Part shown: piece after piece, positions 1-13,000 of the stretch
Position numbering within the stretch: the first letter of the stretch is position 1
Layout of the letters: each line of letters begins with the position of its first letter
Assembly: GCA_016748015.1 (NCBI GenBank)
Contig: JAAOMT010000459.1
Coordinates: 25,900 to 89,899 of the forward strand
Length of the DNA stretch: 64,000 nucleotides
From: Geosiphon pyriformis uo1
Taxonomy: Eukaryota; Fungi; Glomeromycota
Direction: 5' to 3'
Notes under the pieces: generated by a model
Told to the model about the DNA's origin: nothing
Databases searched by the model: none
Seen by the model: only the letters and a program-made list of their open reading frames with translations
Made by a program: the position numbers and the translations under genes

Positions 1-1869
1 CACTACTACTTGTAGAGAGATTTTGCAAATAAGTCGCGGAAGGGGTTCGTAGTTCTTCTTTATCATAATGTGGATTGGGTGGAAGATATGGAAGTAGACG
101 AGGGGCAGGTTGATGCCAAATTGAATCCCACTCAATATCTTCAAAGAATGGGTGTGATTTTAATTTAGCTACCCCTGCTCGACCACCTGCACCTAGACGT
201 TCTGCAGGTTTTAGTACCTTTGTTTATTAAAAAGAAATATGAGTTTAGATTTCAGCCTCACAAACTCATATCCCATTGTTTAACAAAATTAAAATCTTAT
301 TACCAATAATTTTTGCACAAGATCTCTTGCGATATCGGGAAATCCTTCAGGAAAATCGTACTCTAAATTTACAATCTTTTGAAACGTCATGTATTCGTTT
401 GATCCCTTGAATGGTGGCCGTCCAGCAATCAACTGATATACAATGCATCCAAGAGCCCAAAAATCAGAGCTAGTAAAAAATAAGAATGAGAACAAGGTAT
501 TAAAGACAATTGGAAACTTTGATTTTTGACAACACACCTTTTACAAGCCGCCTTCTCTTTTAGTAATTCTGGACTTACATATTCTGCTGTACCGACAAAG
601 GAATTGGCTCGATCATCTATGTCGTTGAAACCATTGTATAATTAATAGATGAGAAAGAGAGCCAATAAGCAAATTTTGGTTTAATATTGACCTTCTTCCC
701 CATCAGTGTTTTTTTCTAGAATCTTTGCTGTTCCAAAATCAGTGACTTTTATATGCATTTTCTCATCCAACAAAATACTAATTTGAATACAAACAGAATT
801 CAAATCAGAATAGGATAAACTTTCAACCCCCACAATTAAACCAATATGTTAACTTACTTTTCCGGCTTTAAATCTCTATATAGCCAATATAATGAAAAGG
901 AATAAGCAACCAATTAGATTAAATATAAGTATTTTCTTAAAGTCTAAAAATACCTGTGAATAATCCCCTGATTATGCATATAATCAATTGCAGATAAAAT
1001 TTGACCCGCATAAAATTGTGTACACACTAAATCAAAAGATCCAAGCTAAAATTGTTATTGGGAACAATAGATATTTGATAGAAGGTGTTATTGGTGGCCT
1101 AATATCTTTATTTATTTGAGAATTGGGTAGAAGTGATTTGAAATCAATCGATATACCTTTTTAATGAAGGTCAAAAGCTCGCCATTCTTTGCATGATCTA
1201 AGACAAAATCTGTTTGTCGCATTTTACCCGTTTCAAGTTGAATAATATAATACTTGTCAGCCGTTGTAAAATGCTTTGAATAAAAAAGCAAAGGAATTGA
1301 AAGAGAGCACATACATAAGCTATCAGAATCTTGAAATGTGTAATGTAAACGAACTATTCCAGGATGGCACATTTTGTTTAGCGTATTCTTTTCAATATTG
1401 ACATATTTCACTTTTTTCTCCTTGATTATATGTTTTTTATCCAGAATCTTAATGGCATATTCTTTTCCCGAACCACGATCTCTTGCCGCTACAACCTGTG
1501 TTTAAAAATAGAGGTCTGATACTGAGATAGAAATTACTTCAAATTTTCAAAAAGCCTCAAAAATACTCCGAGCCTAAAATAGCTGAGGTGACTGGGTCAC
1601 CAGTAGCTTACAGTAGAGTAGGAACCTTCGCCAAGCGTTCTTCCTAACTCGAAATCTTTTACACTCTTCTTTCGTGGCGTGGAACTGGGAGAGTTAACAA
1701 GTGGGGGTCTTGAAACGGATTGTCCATTTGTATTACTTCTAGTAGGAGTTGTTGGTGTTTGTGGGCGACTTAATTGTTCACGATGTGAAGTTGAAAAACC
1801 GTTCTCTCTTTGAGTCAAGATGTTAGTGGGAAATTGGCGAGGACCATTTGTGGTGTTTGCTGAAGCCAT
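1..1869 (-). CDS. PKH1: PDK1/Pkh1-2/Ksg1-type AGC kinase, 3' end outside window. Exons: 1869-1612, 1495-1315, 1209-1157, 1045-954, 875-858, 777-692, 616-538, 469-304, 217-<1
   Basis: Hand-splicing at GT..AG sites gives a continuous frame: [104 protein letters not shown]. These are PDK1-family diagnostic motifs. No stops; CpGs retained. Confidence 0.93.
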
Positions 1870-2993
1870 TAGGCAAGTAATATAAGGGATAATATCTTAT
1901 TGAGAAAACAAACCAATTTAAGTGGGTTATTAGAATAGTTTCTGAAAGGGCTGTTCTCGTTATCGTCTGCCAACGCTATAGTGTTACTATCGATATGTTG
2001 GAAGGGAAACTTTAATCGTTAATTTAATTTTGTTAATGAAAATCGGTTACACCAGGTATTCAAAAAACCATGTGCTAGCGTCTCAAGAAGCCTAATTTGT
2101 GTAATTGTGAAATCAATTCGGATCCTGAAAGAGATTCTAAGATTTATAAAAAAAGAAAAAACAATACTAATTTGATAATTATATAATAACATAAATTTTA
2201 TTATAAATTTGAAATAACAATTAATTTGATTTAAAAAAAATTGAATGTAAAATAAATTATAAAATAACTTTTTATCTTTTTATATTATAAACTTTTTAAA
2301 TTAAGGATTAATTATTTTATTTTTATATTTATTAAGGTTTTTAAATTAAAAATTATATTACAAGTTTTTTATTACAAAATTAATATTATTTGAATTTAAT
2401 AATAATTTTTGCATAATAAAATTAAATTTAATATTAAATATTAATGAATATTTTAATTTTAAAATAGTATTGTTTAAATTATTGGCTATATATACAATAA
2501 TAACTAATTAATATTGAAATAAATAAAATTTTGATTTTGATTCTAATTTTTTAATATATATAAATTTCAAAATTTAAATAAAATTAAAAAAACCAATATA
2601 ATTACGTAATTATTGTTAAAATATGAATTACTATGTAAAATTTGAACATTATTATTAAAATAAATGTAATAATTTCAAATAATATAACTTATCAAATTTA
2701 ATGGTTAAATTTTTTTTAATATTAACAATTAATTAAAATATTATTTATATTAATATTTATATTCATTTTTTTATTTGTAATTATATTCTCTTTATATTTT
2801 TAAATTTTTTAAATTTTTTTTTATAATTAAAAATATTTACACATTTTTTATAATTATTATATTGGATTTTGAAATTTAACAAAAAACATATATCATTTTA
2901 AAATATAAATTATAATGAAATAATTAATTTAAAATTATTTCTTTGTAAAAAAATCAGCAATTAATTAATTTTTAATTTTAACACTTATATATA

Positions 2994-3062
2994 TTTTTTT
3001 CTTTGTTTTATTCTCCAACACATATGATAAATCTGGATCATGCGCTTTCTACACGTGACTAG
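2994..3062 (-). mobile_element. Short 3'-end remnant of the LINE family (T-run plus 3' UTR motif)
   Basis: ATCATGCGCTTTCTACACGTGACTAG matches the LINE 3' UTR at ~9968-9992 (ATCATGTACTTTCTACACGTGACTAG) and 19081-19106, and a T-run precedes it as in those copies. Confidence 0.65.
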
Positions 3063-4299
3063 ACGCCCGTTACTACTCATTAATACAAATAATTTAAAAT
3101 ATAAACTGATCATTTAATCTTTATTGAATAAGAACATATTTTTTTGTTTTCAATATTGTTTGTATTAGGATTTTATCTTTAAATGCAATTATTTCTATTG
3201 TTTGCTCATTTTTTAAAGTAGTTTCTGTAAGAAAAATTAGGGAAAATAATACTAAATGCTTGCTTTTAAATATAGTGATCTCGTTATCCTTACATCCCAA
3301 TATTTCTTCTGGTATTAAACAATCTAGTAAACCCTGTACAAATTTGGATACTTGATTCAAAGTGCAAGAGATGCCCTTAGGATTTTCGTTATTTATAACA
3401 TCATCCTTATTTGATACAAGAAAGTGTCAGATTAACTAACTCCTTGTGCTTAATATAATCTTTATAGTCCATCGAATGGACTCACAACGACAGAACACAT
3501 TTATCTCAAAAATTTTAATATTGGAAATTAGCATGACGAGGAATCATTTCTTCTACCAAAATTACTGCTGACGCCAGAAATGCAGGAAACAATTTATGGT
3601 CGTATGAAAAAAATATGTAATTTTTGTGATAAGATGAAAGTTAAAACAAGACATTGCAATCCTTATATAATTGAAACTGTTCTGGGAAAAATTAGAGGAG
3701 AATTATCATATTAATTGATTCACATGTAATCTCAAACTTAATATAGAGTAAATTGCTTACACTGAGGCGGTAAACCTAACCGGACGGTCTTGGTTTCACG
3801 AGCAGGAATATAAATAAGCGCACGATAAAAAATATACCCCCCTTGTGAGCATTTGCACAATATTTTATAAAAGTTAATAAACAATAGGGTTTCGTGAAAT
3901 TATCTCCTAAGAGTTTCCCAATGGAGGAAGTTTATTGAAAGGCTCTTGAAACATGAGGCTCATTTCTGAAGTTGGAGATGAACCAACAATGGCTTCGTTT
4001 TATGATTTCTTTGGCTTAATGTTATCGTTGAGAGCTCTTTTGCTTGAGATAAATGAATTAGCTCCCCTGATTGTTGTTGCCTACTACATGTATAATTAAT
4101 GAGGTTGTTGTTATTGAAACACTTTCAATTCGGAGAATTAGGTATATACTATTTGGGATTCAAACTCATAGGGTTGGATTAATTAAAAAATCCTAGAAAT
4201 TGTAAAAGAAAATAAAAGCGGAATGATCTCTTTAGAATTGCAAAATAAAGTATTAAAATATCAGGAGAGAATTCAGGCTGAGAGATTTTTAAAAAAAAT

Positions 4300-6019
4300 A
4301 AATTTTTTTTTTGTTTCTTTAACATCTTGAGCCTCTTCTGCTTTTGAATAGAGTTCAAACGCTTTTTCGTCATTTTTCTTTGTTTCCATCCATATCGATA
4401 ACAAACACTAAGATCGTTTTGTGCACTTATATGCCCCGCCTCTACGGCTTTTAAATAGAGTACAAATGCTTTTTCCTCATTTTTCGCCGTTCCTCTTCCA
4501 TTTTGATAACAATGTGCAAGATCGCCTCTGCTGCTTTTGAATAGAGTTCAAATCCTTTTTCTGGATTTTTTGTCGTTTCCCTTCCATTTTGATAACAAAG
4601 TGCAAGATTGTATTGTGCCTTTAAATGTCCCGCCTCTGCTGCTTTTGAATAGAGTTACAATACCTTTCGTCGTTCTCCTTCCATTTCGATAACAAGTTGC
4701 AAGATTGTATTGTGTATTTGTATTGCCCACCTCTGCTGCTTTTGAATAGAGTTCAAATGCTTTTTCTAAATTTTTCGTCGTTCCTCATCCATTTCGATAA
4801 CAAACTCCAAGCTTATATTGTGCATTTGTATTACCCGCCTCTGCTGCTTTTGAAAGGAGTTCAAATGCTTTAACTTTATCTTGGTAAATGCCGATTCCAT
4901 CGAAGTAACAACGACCCAGAAAAAATTGTCCGAGAGGATCCTCCATATTCGCTGCTTTCTCGAATTTTAAGAATGCTTTTGTTGATTCAACATTTGTTCC
5001 AATTCCATGTTCTAAAGAGACGCCAAGTAAAATATAGCGGATGGAGCTCTTTACTGTGTTGTTATTTGCGCAAATAAAAAATTCTTCGGGTATTGTTTCA
5101 TTGCGCTCAAGATATTTTCTCACCGCGTCAACAACTTTTGAATAATCATTATTCGGCAAACTTTTTTTGATGACGATGAATGGTTCTTCAATTATTTCAG
5201 ACGAATTATACAATTCATCACTGAAGCTGAAAGAGTTTTCATGATTGAAATTTGGTGTGCTGAAATCCGTAACACTGAACGTTTCCTCAGATTCAATGTT
5301 TCCTTGAAAAGAAGGGCCAGATTGCCATTCAATTTCTTAAATCATATCTTCTTCTTTTTAACATATATCTTTTACTTACTAAATCTCTATGAATAATATT
5401 TTCTTGATGAAGGCAGTCGATTCCTTGGGCTAGCTCTTTTGCAAGCCGCAATTTTTCTGCACCATTCATTTGAGAGAAGTTTGATTTAAGGTATTGACGT
5501 AGGGTTCCTCCGTTTCCATATTCCAAAACAAGCACGTATTCATTTCGACCATCTATTGGGATTCGATAAACTTCCTTCAATATTTAAGAAACGATTTTTT
5601 ATTAAATGACTTAAAAATTACCTCTTCCCAAGGTTTTTGTGACACCATAAAATTTCAAAATATTTTCATGATAGGTTAGGCTTATTAAAGATTTCATCTT
5701 TATAAAATGAAGGTTTATTTTAAGAGTTATTTTCTATGACAAATATATTTTGAAAGCGATAATAGAAATGTGAGTTTATACTTTAATAAACTCTGTCAAC
5801 TCTGATATATCACTTTTCCCGGATTGTTTTAACTGTTTCAATGCAAATCGTAAATCGCTACCACCTGGCACTAAAAACCTCCCCAAATCCACCCTCTCCA
5901 ATTATCTCGATGCTATAAAATTCCTCATAGTTAAAAAGTTTAATATGCTTTTTTTGAATGGATTTTTCAAACCAATCTAGAGGGGAAAATGAGTTTTCAG
6001 TTGCTGAACTTGAGGACAT
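4300..6019 (-). pseudogene. TKL kinase + Sel1-repeat gene, frameshifted and lacking the kinase C-lobe
   Basis: ATG at 6019 (MSSSSATENSFSPLDWFEKSIQKK), then frameshifted IGEGGFGEV, FALKQLK, HENILKFYGVT, LVLEYGNGGTLRQYL, IIHRDL. No DFG or APE-region sequence follows before the Sel1 repeats (GQFFLGRCYFDGIG, AQYKLGVCYRNG and further ~108-nt units with frameshifts down to ~4300). Confidence 0.8.
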
Positions 6020-6164
6020 AATTTATAATTAACACAAAGCAAATATTTTGTGGGAAAAAAAGAACAAGAGTTTTTTTTTATAAAAAAATGGTCCTAAGAG
6101 TGATTCTAGTTAAAAGTAAAAGTTGGCTGGTTTAAACTCTAATTCTTGAAAATAACAAGAAGAT

Positions 6165-6850
6165 AATGAAGAATATGGTCATTCGTTGCAACTCATTGTG
6201 TAAACCCTTCAAAGGGTTTATGACCACCATTTGAGTTAGAGGTTTAAGTAATGGAAAATATGAATGAAATATGATTATAATTAATTTTAAAAGGGAATAT
6301 TAAATTCAGTGGGAAGATCTGAATGAAATATTATTATAATTAATTTCAATAAGGGAATATTAAATTCGGGAGAATTATATTTTATTATTTTTACATAAAT
6401 TGTAAATAGCATATGGTATTTGTGGACATGGTGATGCATACTTGTCACTCGAGCAATATACTAGAATTTATGAAATTATTAGACATCTTAGATATCTTGG
6501 ATTGAGTCAATCCCCAAACTCAGAACAAGAAAAAATATATTTGGATGATTGCATACAGGCTCAACAGGAACGTCTTCCTTTCATAATTATTAACAAGAAT
6601 ATTATCCTTATAATGACTAAATGATAAAGGAACTAAATCAACTTCCCCTTGATCCAACTTGTATCGCTAAGCTTATTGAAAAGTGTTGGGATCCCAACAT
6701 ATTGAATCGCCCTTATATAAGATGTATGATGCAAATTTTAATAAAGCTGCGAGTCTACCGTTTAAGTAATTGGAAAAAAACCTAGAAGCGTTAAAAATTG
6801 ACGAATTAATAAATAGGTCCAGGTGCAGTATATTCAAGTCGTGTTTTTAA
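6165..6850 (+). pseudogene. Heavily deleted TKL kinase remnant, head-to-head with the Sel1 kinase
   Basis: Fragments in kinase order: H-S-S-N-I-L-like catalytic loop (~6445), LGLSQSPNSEQEKIY (DLGL-type activation segment), ERLPF, LIEKCWDPNILNRP, and the family C-terminal PGAVYSSRVF (~6820-6850). Confidence 0.65.
6261..6368. repeat. ~59-bp direct tandem duplication
   Basis: TGAATGAAATATGATTATAATTAATTT..AAGGGAATATTAAATTC occurs at 6261 and again at 6320. Confidence 0.85.
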
Positions 6851-6899
6851 GTTTTCAGATAAGTGAAATTTCTGATGATTTGCTTTTTTAATTTAGAAC

Positions 6900-9883
6900 C
6901 ATCTTTATAGATCAATTTTTTGATTACATAATAATCTAAATATTATAATTTTACTTATCAACAGAATTAATATATATTCCCCCAAAGCTAAAAACTTTAA
7001 ATAAATTTTTATGCAAATATTTTAACCATTTATCATATTTCGATGAGGTTTAATTTAATGTAATCTTAGTAATAGTTATTTTAAATCTATAATAAATTAT
7101 TAATCAGTTGGATCATTTTTCTAAATTTAATTTCGACATAAAAAATAAATTAGTAATGTTTATCATTTAATTTATTAAAAATTCCTTTTTACCAATATGT
7201 AATAGCAAATTGAATCTAAATATAAAAAATCTTTTAGTCTTAAAATTTTATAATAAATCTTTTGAAGATTTATAAAGTCTATAAAATCTTTACTTTAATT
7301 TTGATTTTCTAAAAATTCAGCTAAATTGTTTTAAGTCAAGTTTTATTAATAAAATAAGATGCAAAAATTTTATCAACCAAGTAATTAATTCTGGAATTTT
7401 TTATTAAGCTATAACAAAAATATATCCTAATGGGATTTTTTTTAAACCAATTTTGCAATATTATTATTTTTTTATTGAATTTTTAATTTTTTAAAATCAA
7501 AAGATATTTTTATTCTATCTTAAATTCACAAATTTATAAAGTAATTTAATAAAATTAAATATTTATTATCAATATAAAGTATCAATCAGTTTATAAATTT
7601 TATTATATTTTAGGCTTTAATAAAAGCTAAACTCTTTTTTTTTTGTATTTTTATAATTACAACTGGAGCAAAAAAGAAAAAAGTTACAACCTTTTTATTT
7701 TCTAAACTAGCTATTTTTATTAATAAAACACTTGTAGTTGTTAAGACTGCTTAATAGCATTCTGTAAAAGTGCTTTTTCTAAATAAAATAATAATAAATC
7801 AGTCTTTTGCTAATTTTAAATATTGTTTTTATTTTTGATTGAAAATTTTTTCTCTTTTAAAGTTTCTTTAAAGAAGCCTATCTGAAATAATTCTGGTATA
7901 ATTTTTGTCTTTTTTAAGAGCCTCAAAATATTTGATAAGAAGCTAATAATTAAGTTATTTTTTTATCTTTCTTTTTACTGCTATTTAAATAGCTAAAAAA
8001 AGCCAAGTTAATTAAAAAACAATTTTTTTAAATTTTTTCTATGTCTAATAACAACTTTTTTAAAGTATTAAAATTTTTTAATGTTTTTGATGCCAATTTT
8101 AATGTCTTAAAATTAGATTTTTTTTTTGTAAAAAATAAAACTTTGGTTTTTTCTGTTTTTTTTTGCTAGTTTTACAACACCAGTACTAATAATATTACTT
8201 AATTTTATTAGCAATTAGTTTTTTAAACAATGACAACAGAAATATATTAATTTATCATAGTTTGAATTTGTTTTTGGTTGTATTATTTAATATATTATAT
8301 TTTAACTGCTTTTTATCAATTTTAAAAACTAAACAAATTATACTTTTACATATAATTTTAAATAATTAATCTATTAAATTATTTAATTTTATAAATTAAA
8401 TTAATTAAATAAAAACTTAAATACTTTTTTCATTTTTGTTTTCTAAAAATACTATTTAGTAATATTTACAAATTATTAAACATTTTTTAAGTAAATAATT
8501 ATTATTTTGATGTTTAATAAAATAATAAAAATTAAAATAATTTATATTAAGGCTATATTCTAATTTTTAAATAGTTTTTTTGATTTGAAATTAATTACTA
8601 ATAACAATATTAAGCTTTTTTATATAAATTTTATATTTTAAACATTTTTAAATATTCAAATACAAATTAAATTTGTTTACTTTTTAAAATTTTTAAGTCT
8701 TTGGTTATTTTTGAATTTATTTATTTTTCTGCTATTATTATTTTGTAAAATATTTTTAAAAGTGTTTTTAGTGTTTTTAGTAAAATTTTTAATATTAGTT
8801 AAAGTCTATTGGTTTTTGATAATATATTATAACTGTTTTTGTTTACTAATTAGTTTTGGTAAAAAAAATAATATCAGAATTTTTTTTGTGTTTAATTAAA
8901 AAAATATATAATATTTTTTAGTCAAAAACTAATTTAAATACTATTATTATTAGAATTAATATGTTAAAAAAAAGTTATATTTAATAGAAAACTTTTAAAT
9001 ATTAATATTAATTTAAATATTAAAGTTTAGATTATTTGTTTTTTAATTATAAAATAGTTTTATTTATTTTATTGAAGTTTTTTTTTAGGCTTTTAAAATC
9101 TTTGAATTTCGTTTTATTAGTGCAAAATTTTATATTAAAACTGTTACTTTTTTGATCTTTTTTTGTTATTATTATAATTATTAATTTTGTAATTGGCTTT
9201 AAATTAGTTTTTTAAATCTGAATTAACCAAGTTGGTTTTGCTAATTAGATTTGTTATTTAACTTATTAATAGTTTAATTTTTTGGTTATAAAATTGAAGT
9301 TTTTTTTTAAATACAGAGATTAAAAAAAATTCTTATAATTAAAAAAATTTTAGGTATTTTTGGTAATTTTAGTAAGAATATTATTAATCTTAAAATATAA
9401 TATAATATAATTGATAATAATTTATGTTTTTTTATTAATAAAATTTTTGCTAAAATAATAATATTTTAAAAGCTACAAACTTTTAAGATTAAATTTAATA
9501 TAAATTAAAAGTATTATATAATTAACTAATTTAAATTTTTAATAATAATAATTTGGTTGTAATTATACAAAAAATAGTGTTTTTAAATAAGTTTTTTTTG
9601 TAAATTAATATAGTTTAGTCTTATTAAACTTATGTTTGATTATATAAATATACATAAATTCTGTTTATTTTAAAATACTTAATTATTATATTATAATAAA
9701 TAATAATAAAATATTACATATTAAAAAAAAATAAAAGCTTTAAAAATTTTAAATATGTAATTTATATAAATATATTTTAAAATTTATAAAATACTAAAAA
9801 ATAATAAAATAAAAATAAAATATTAGTAAACTTTTAATTTGACAATAAATTATTTTAAAGCTTTAAATTATAAATTTAAATAA
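6900..9883. other. Extremely AT-rich tract (similar tracts at 2150-2990, 16680-18998, 24472-24654, 58000-62900)
   Basis: G and C are visibly scarce, and there are no credible ORFs. Confidence 0.8.
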
Positions 9884-10016
9884 TTTTTTTTTTTTTACGT
9901 TTATTGAGTGAAGTCCAAACACTACCTAATACTATACATCAAATAATTGATCTAAATTAGGCGTAAATCATGTACTTTCTACACGTGACTAGCCACTCAG
10001 GCCAATCAGAACAACA

Positions 10017-13000
10017 CTATACATCTATATGAATGGAAACCATATTTAAAGCACCTGAAATAAACAAATTAAATTTATGCAAACCAAACCTAACACTCAA
10101 TGCATTGTCAATACCCAACAACTTGACAACTCCAGCTGAATACAGGGAAGACAGACCAGAAATAGTAACTGGCATAGAACTGTCTCAAAGAATCAATCCA
10201 TGTTTCTCCATAAATGCATGATGTTTGACACGGACCAACCAAACCTTATCTCTAAAAGCTAGGCAAAAATCACGGACAAAGTCCACAATTTTCGCACCAG
10301 CAAGTTTCAGATCACCAAAAACAGAAACCACCTCAAAAAACCAATCATTAAAAACAAAGCCTTTGCATAGAGCAACACGGACTGAGGTGTCAACAATACA
10401 TGAGGAAAGAGTTCGCAGCACGTGAGAAAAAGGGCAATGAAGGCCAGAAATACCTTCTCATTTAACCGCAAAATTACCAAGCAGCCAATCACAACTGGCA
10501 AAGTCAGAATCACAGGAAAAAACATGGTCCGAGACCTCTACACACTCACAATACAAGCAAACCACACTAAGGTAACTTCTATCATAAAGGCGCTTGCAAA
10601 TGGCCACAGGCAGTCTATGATGCAGAGCTTTTATAAAATACATGCACAAACCAGCAGTCCGTATACTGGTAAAGCCAGCAGCCATGTATGAATCAGGATG
10701 CCAAACAGAAAAAGACCTGTGCCAATTAATATCAGTAAGCAATTCGCCAGTGACAACTCTAGTACTCGAACCGAAACCCCAATACAAATGGTGAATGAAC
10801 TGATAAATGTCACACACAAAATGTCTAAAATTACCCGAAACAGAACTACCACCAGCCAGGATGAACTGCTAATTCAGCCAGGGGAGAAGAACAAAATCAG
10901 AAAAAGCCATATGGCCAGCCTGTTCATCAGCCCGGTCATTACCTATAACACCAGAATGTCTTTTAATCTTACACCAGCTGACATCCAACCTCTTAACACG
11001 AACAAGATTAGCAATATGACGATGCTCCACTCAACAACTATTCCGAAAGTCTGGATGTGCCAAACCCAATTCCGACTTGCAGGCATCCAATGCGGCTTGA
11101 CTATCCGAAAATAAGTAAACTTTGCTAACTGCAGGAACACACTCGAGAGCAAGTGCAATAGCTTGCAATTCCACCAAAGTAGATGACAACAAACCTGAGA
11201 CCCTAACACCCAAACCCATATTAATATCATCAAAGAAAACCACCACATCTGATTTAACACTGAGAGTACCCAAACCAGTCAAGGATCCATCAGTATAAAC
11301 TGAAAGGCTATCAGCACCCCATCCCAATAAACAATTATGAACCAAATCAAAATCAGTGAATTCCAAGACATTAAGAGCAAAAGAAACGCCCACCAAACAG
11401 TTATGAACAGAAGAAAATAACTCTGCACTATCAAGATAACCAACAGAAACACTAAACCAATCAGGAATAGAGCCACGTGGATCCAGCCTTTTCCAATGCT
11501 TGAAAGTCTTCCAATCAAAAGCACCACCATTGTGATGACGCAATTGTTCTACAAAGGCAATTCTATACCACCGAAGTGAGGATAGACACTTAGAAAATTT
11601 CACCTCACCAAGAACCAAAGACATGAGAATACTATGGGAGAATCGGAATACATTGGAGCCAAGACCACTAAAAGATAAACTGCAATTGGCAAAAATACAA
11701 ACCACACCTGCCAGAAAATTGTTTGAAGGATTCAATTTTAAATGAGCCGGGGAGACTAAAGGGTGCACAAAACGCCAGCTCAAAGTTTGTAAGTCATGAG
11801 ACCTATGGAGAAACAAACAACCCAGGATTCCAGCAGCATTGGCAAAACACACTACGGACACCAATTTACTCTCAGCCTGAATCTGTTCAAAAGTTTTTAA
11901 GCCATAAAGGGAGGAATGATGAAAAGCATTATTGGGGAAGTCTGAAGGAAGACCCACTTTGAACTTAAAGTCTTTACGAATTAAAGCATCCCATTTACAG
12001 CAAACATTAAGTGGAACAAAACTAAATTGTGTCCTATAACTAATGATGGAGTGAAGAACCACTGAAACCAAATATGAGAACTGCTTATTAGAGATGGTCT
12101 TTTTCAGGACGAGATTGGTGAAAAACCAGACATCCAAATGCGCCTTGGCCAAACTGGGCTTCGACAAACCACCCATAGACAGAAAAATGCCCAAATACCA
12201 GTAAGGTTCCCTCTTCTTGACAATAGAAATTAGTGCACCACTAATTGTCAAAAAGGGGCTCACAACCCTAGAGTTAATGGGAATTGCCACTGTTTTATCA
12301 TTGTTTATTGAAATATCATTAATTCTAAAAAATTCATTAGCAATATTGAGAATGTGTTGTATTGCAGTCTAACTGCTGCCAACCCAAATTGTATTGTCCA
12401 CAAAAGCACCAGCAGCAAAGAAAAAAGAAAAACCAGCCTGAAGTTCAACATGGCCAGTCTTAGCAACGAAATGAGAATTCAACCTATATCCATAAAATTC
12501 TTCTTGCCTCTTGACTTTACACAAAAGAAAATCATAAAATATATGCCAGAGAAGAGATGAGAACACTTTCCCTTGATTGAGATCATCATGGACTTAATAA
12601 CCATCAGTTAAGCCAAAGTCAGTCATTACTCTGTTGACTCGGTTATTGTGAATGCCACCAAAAAATTGAATGAACCTGCCACACATTTTAATCCTAATCA
12701 GACTCTTTTTTAAATGCTCCCAGCCAACAAAATCATAGGCCTTCTTCATGTCCTGCAATACCAGCCAAAGTTCACAGTTCTTCTCCAGAGCATCCTCAAC
12801 CACAGAGCTAACAGCAAAGATAGGAGACTGTATCATTGTACTCTTCAAAACCAAAAAATTGTCCCCACAGAGAACGTTGTGAGTACTGCATGCCAAAGAA
12901 ATCCTGTCCGAGAAGATCTTTGAAAGAATTTTACAAGCAGTTTCAATCAAAGCAATGAGTCAGGTGTTCATAAAAACTCCTTCCCACTCATAAGGCTTGG

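Noticed and set aside
8711-8899. Hydrophobic 62-aa ORF as a membrane peptide
   Set aside because: F/L/I/K composition is expected from T-rich, low-GC DNA, and the start is TTG.
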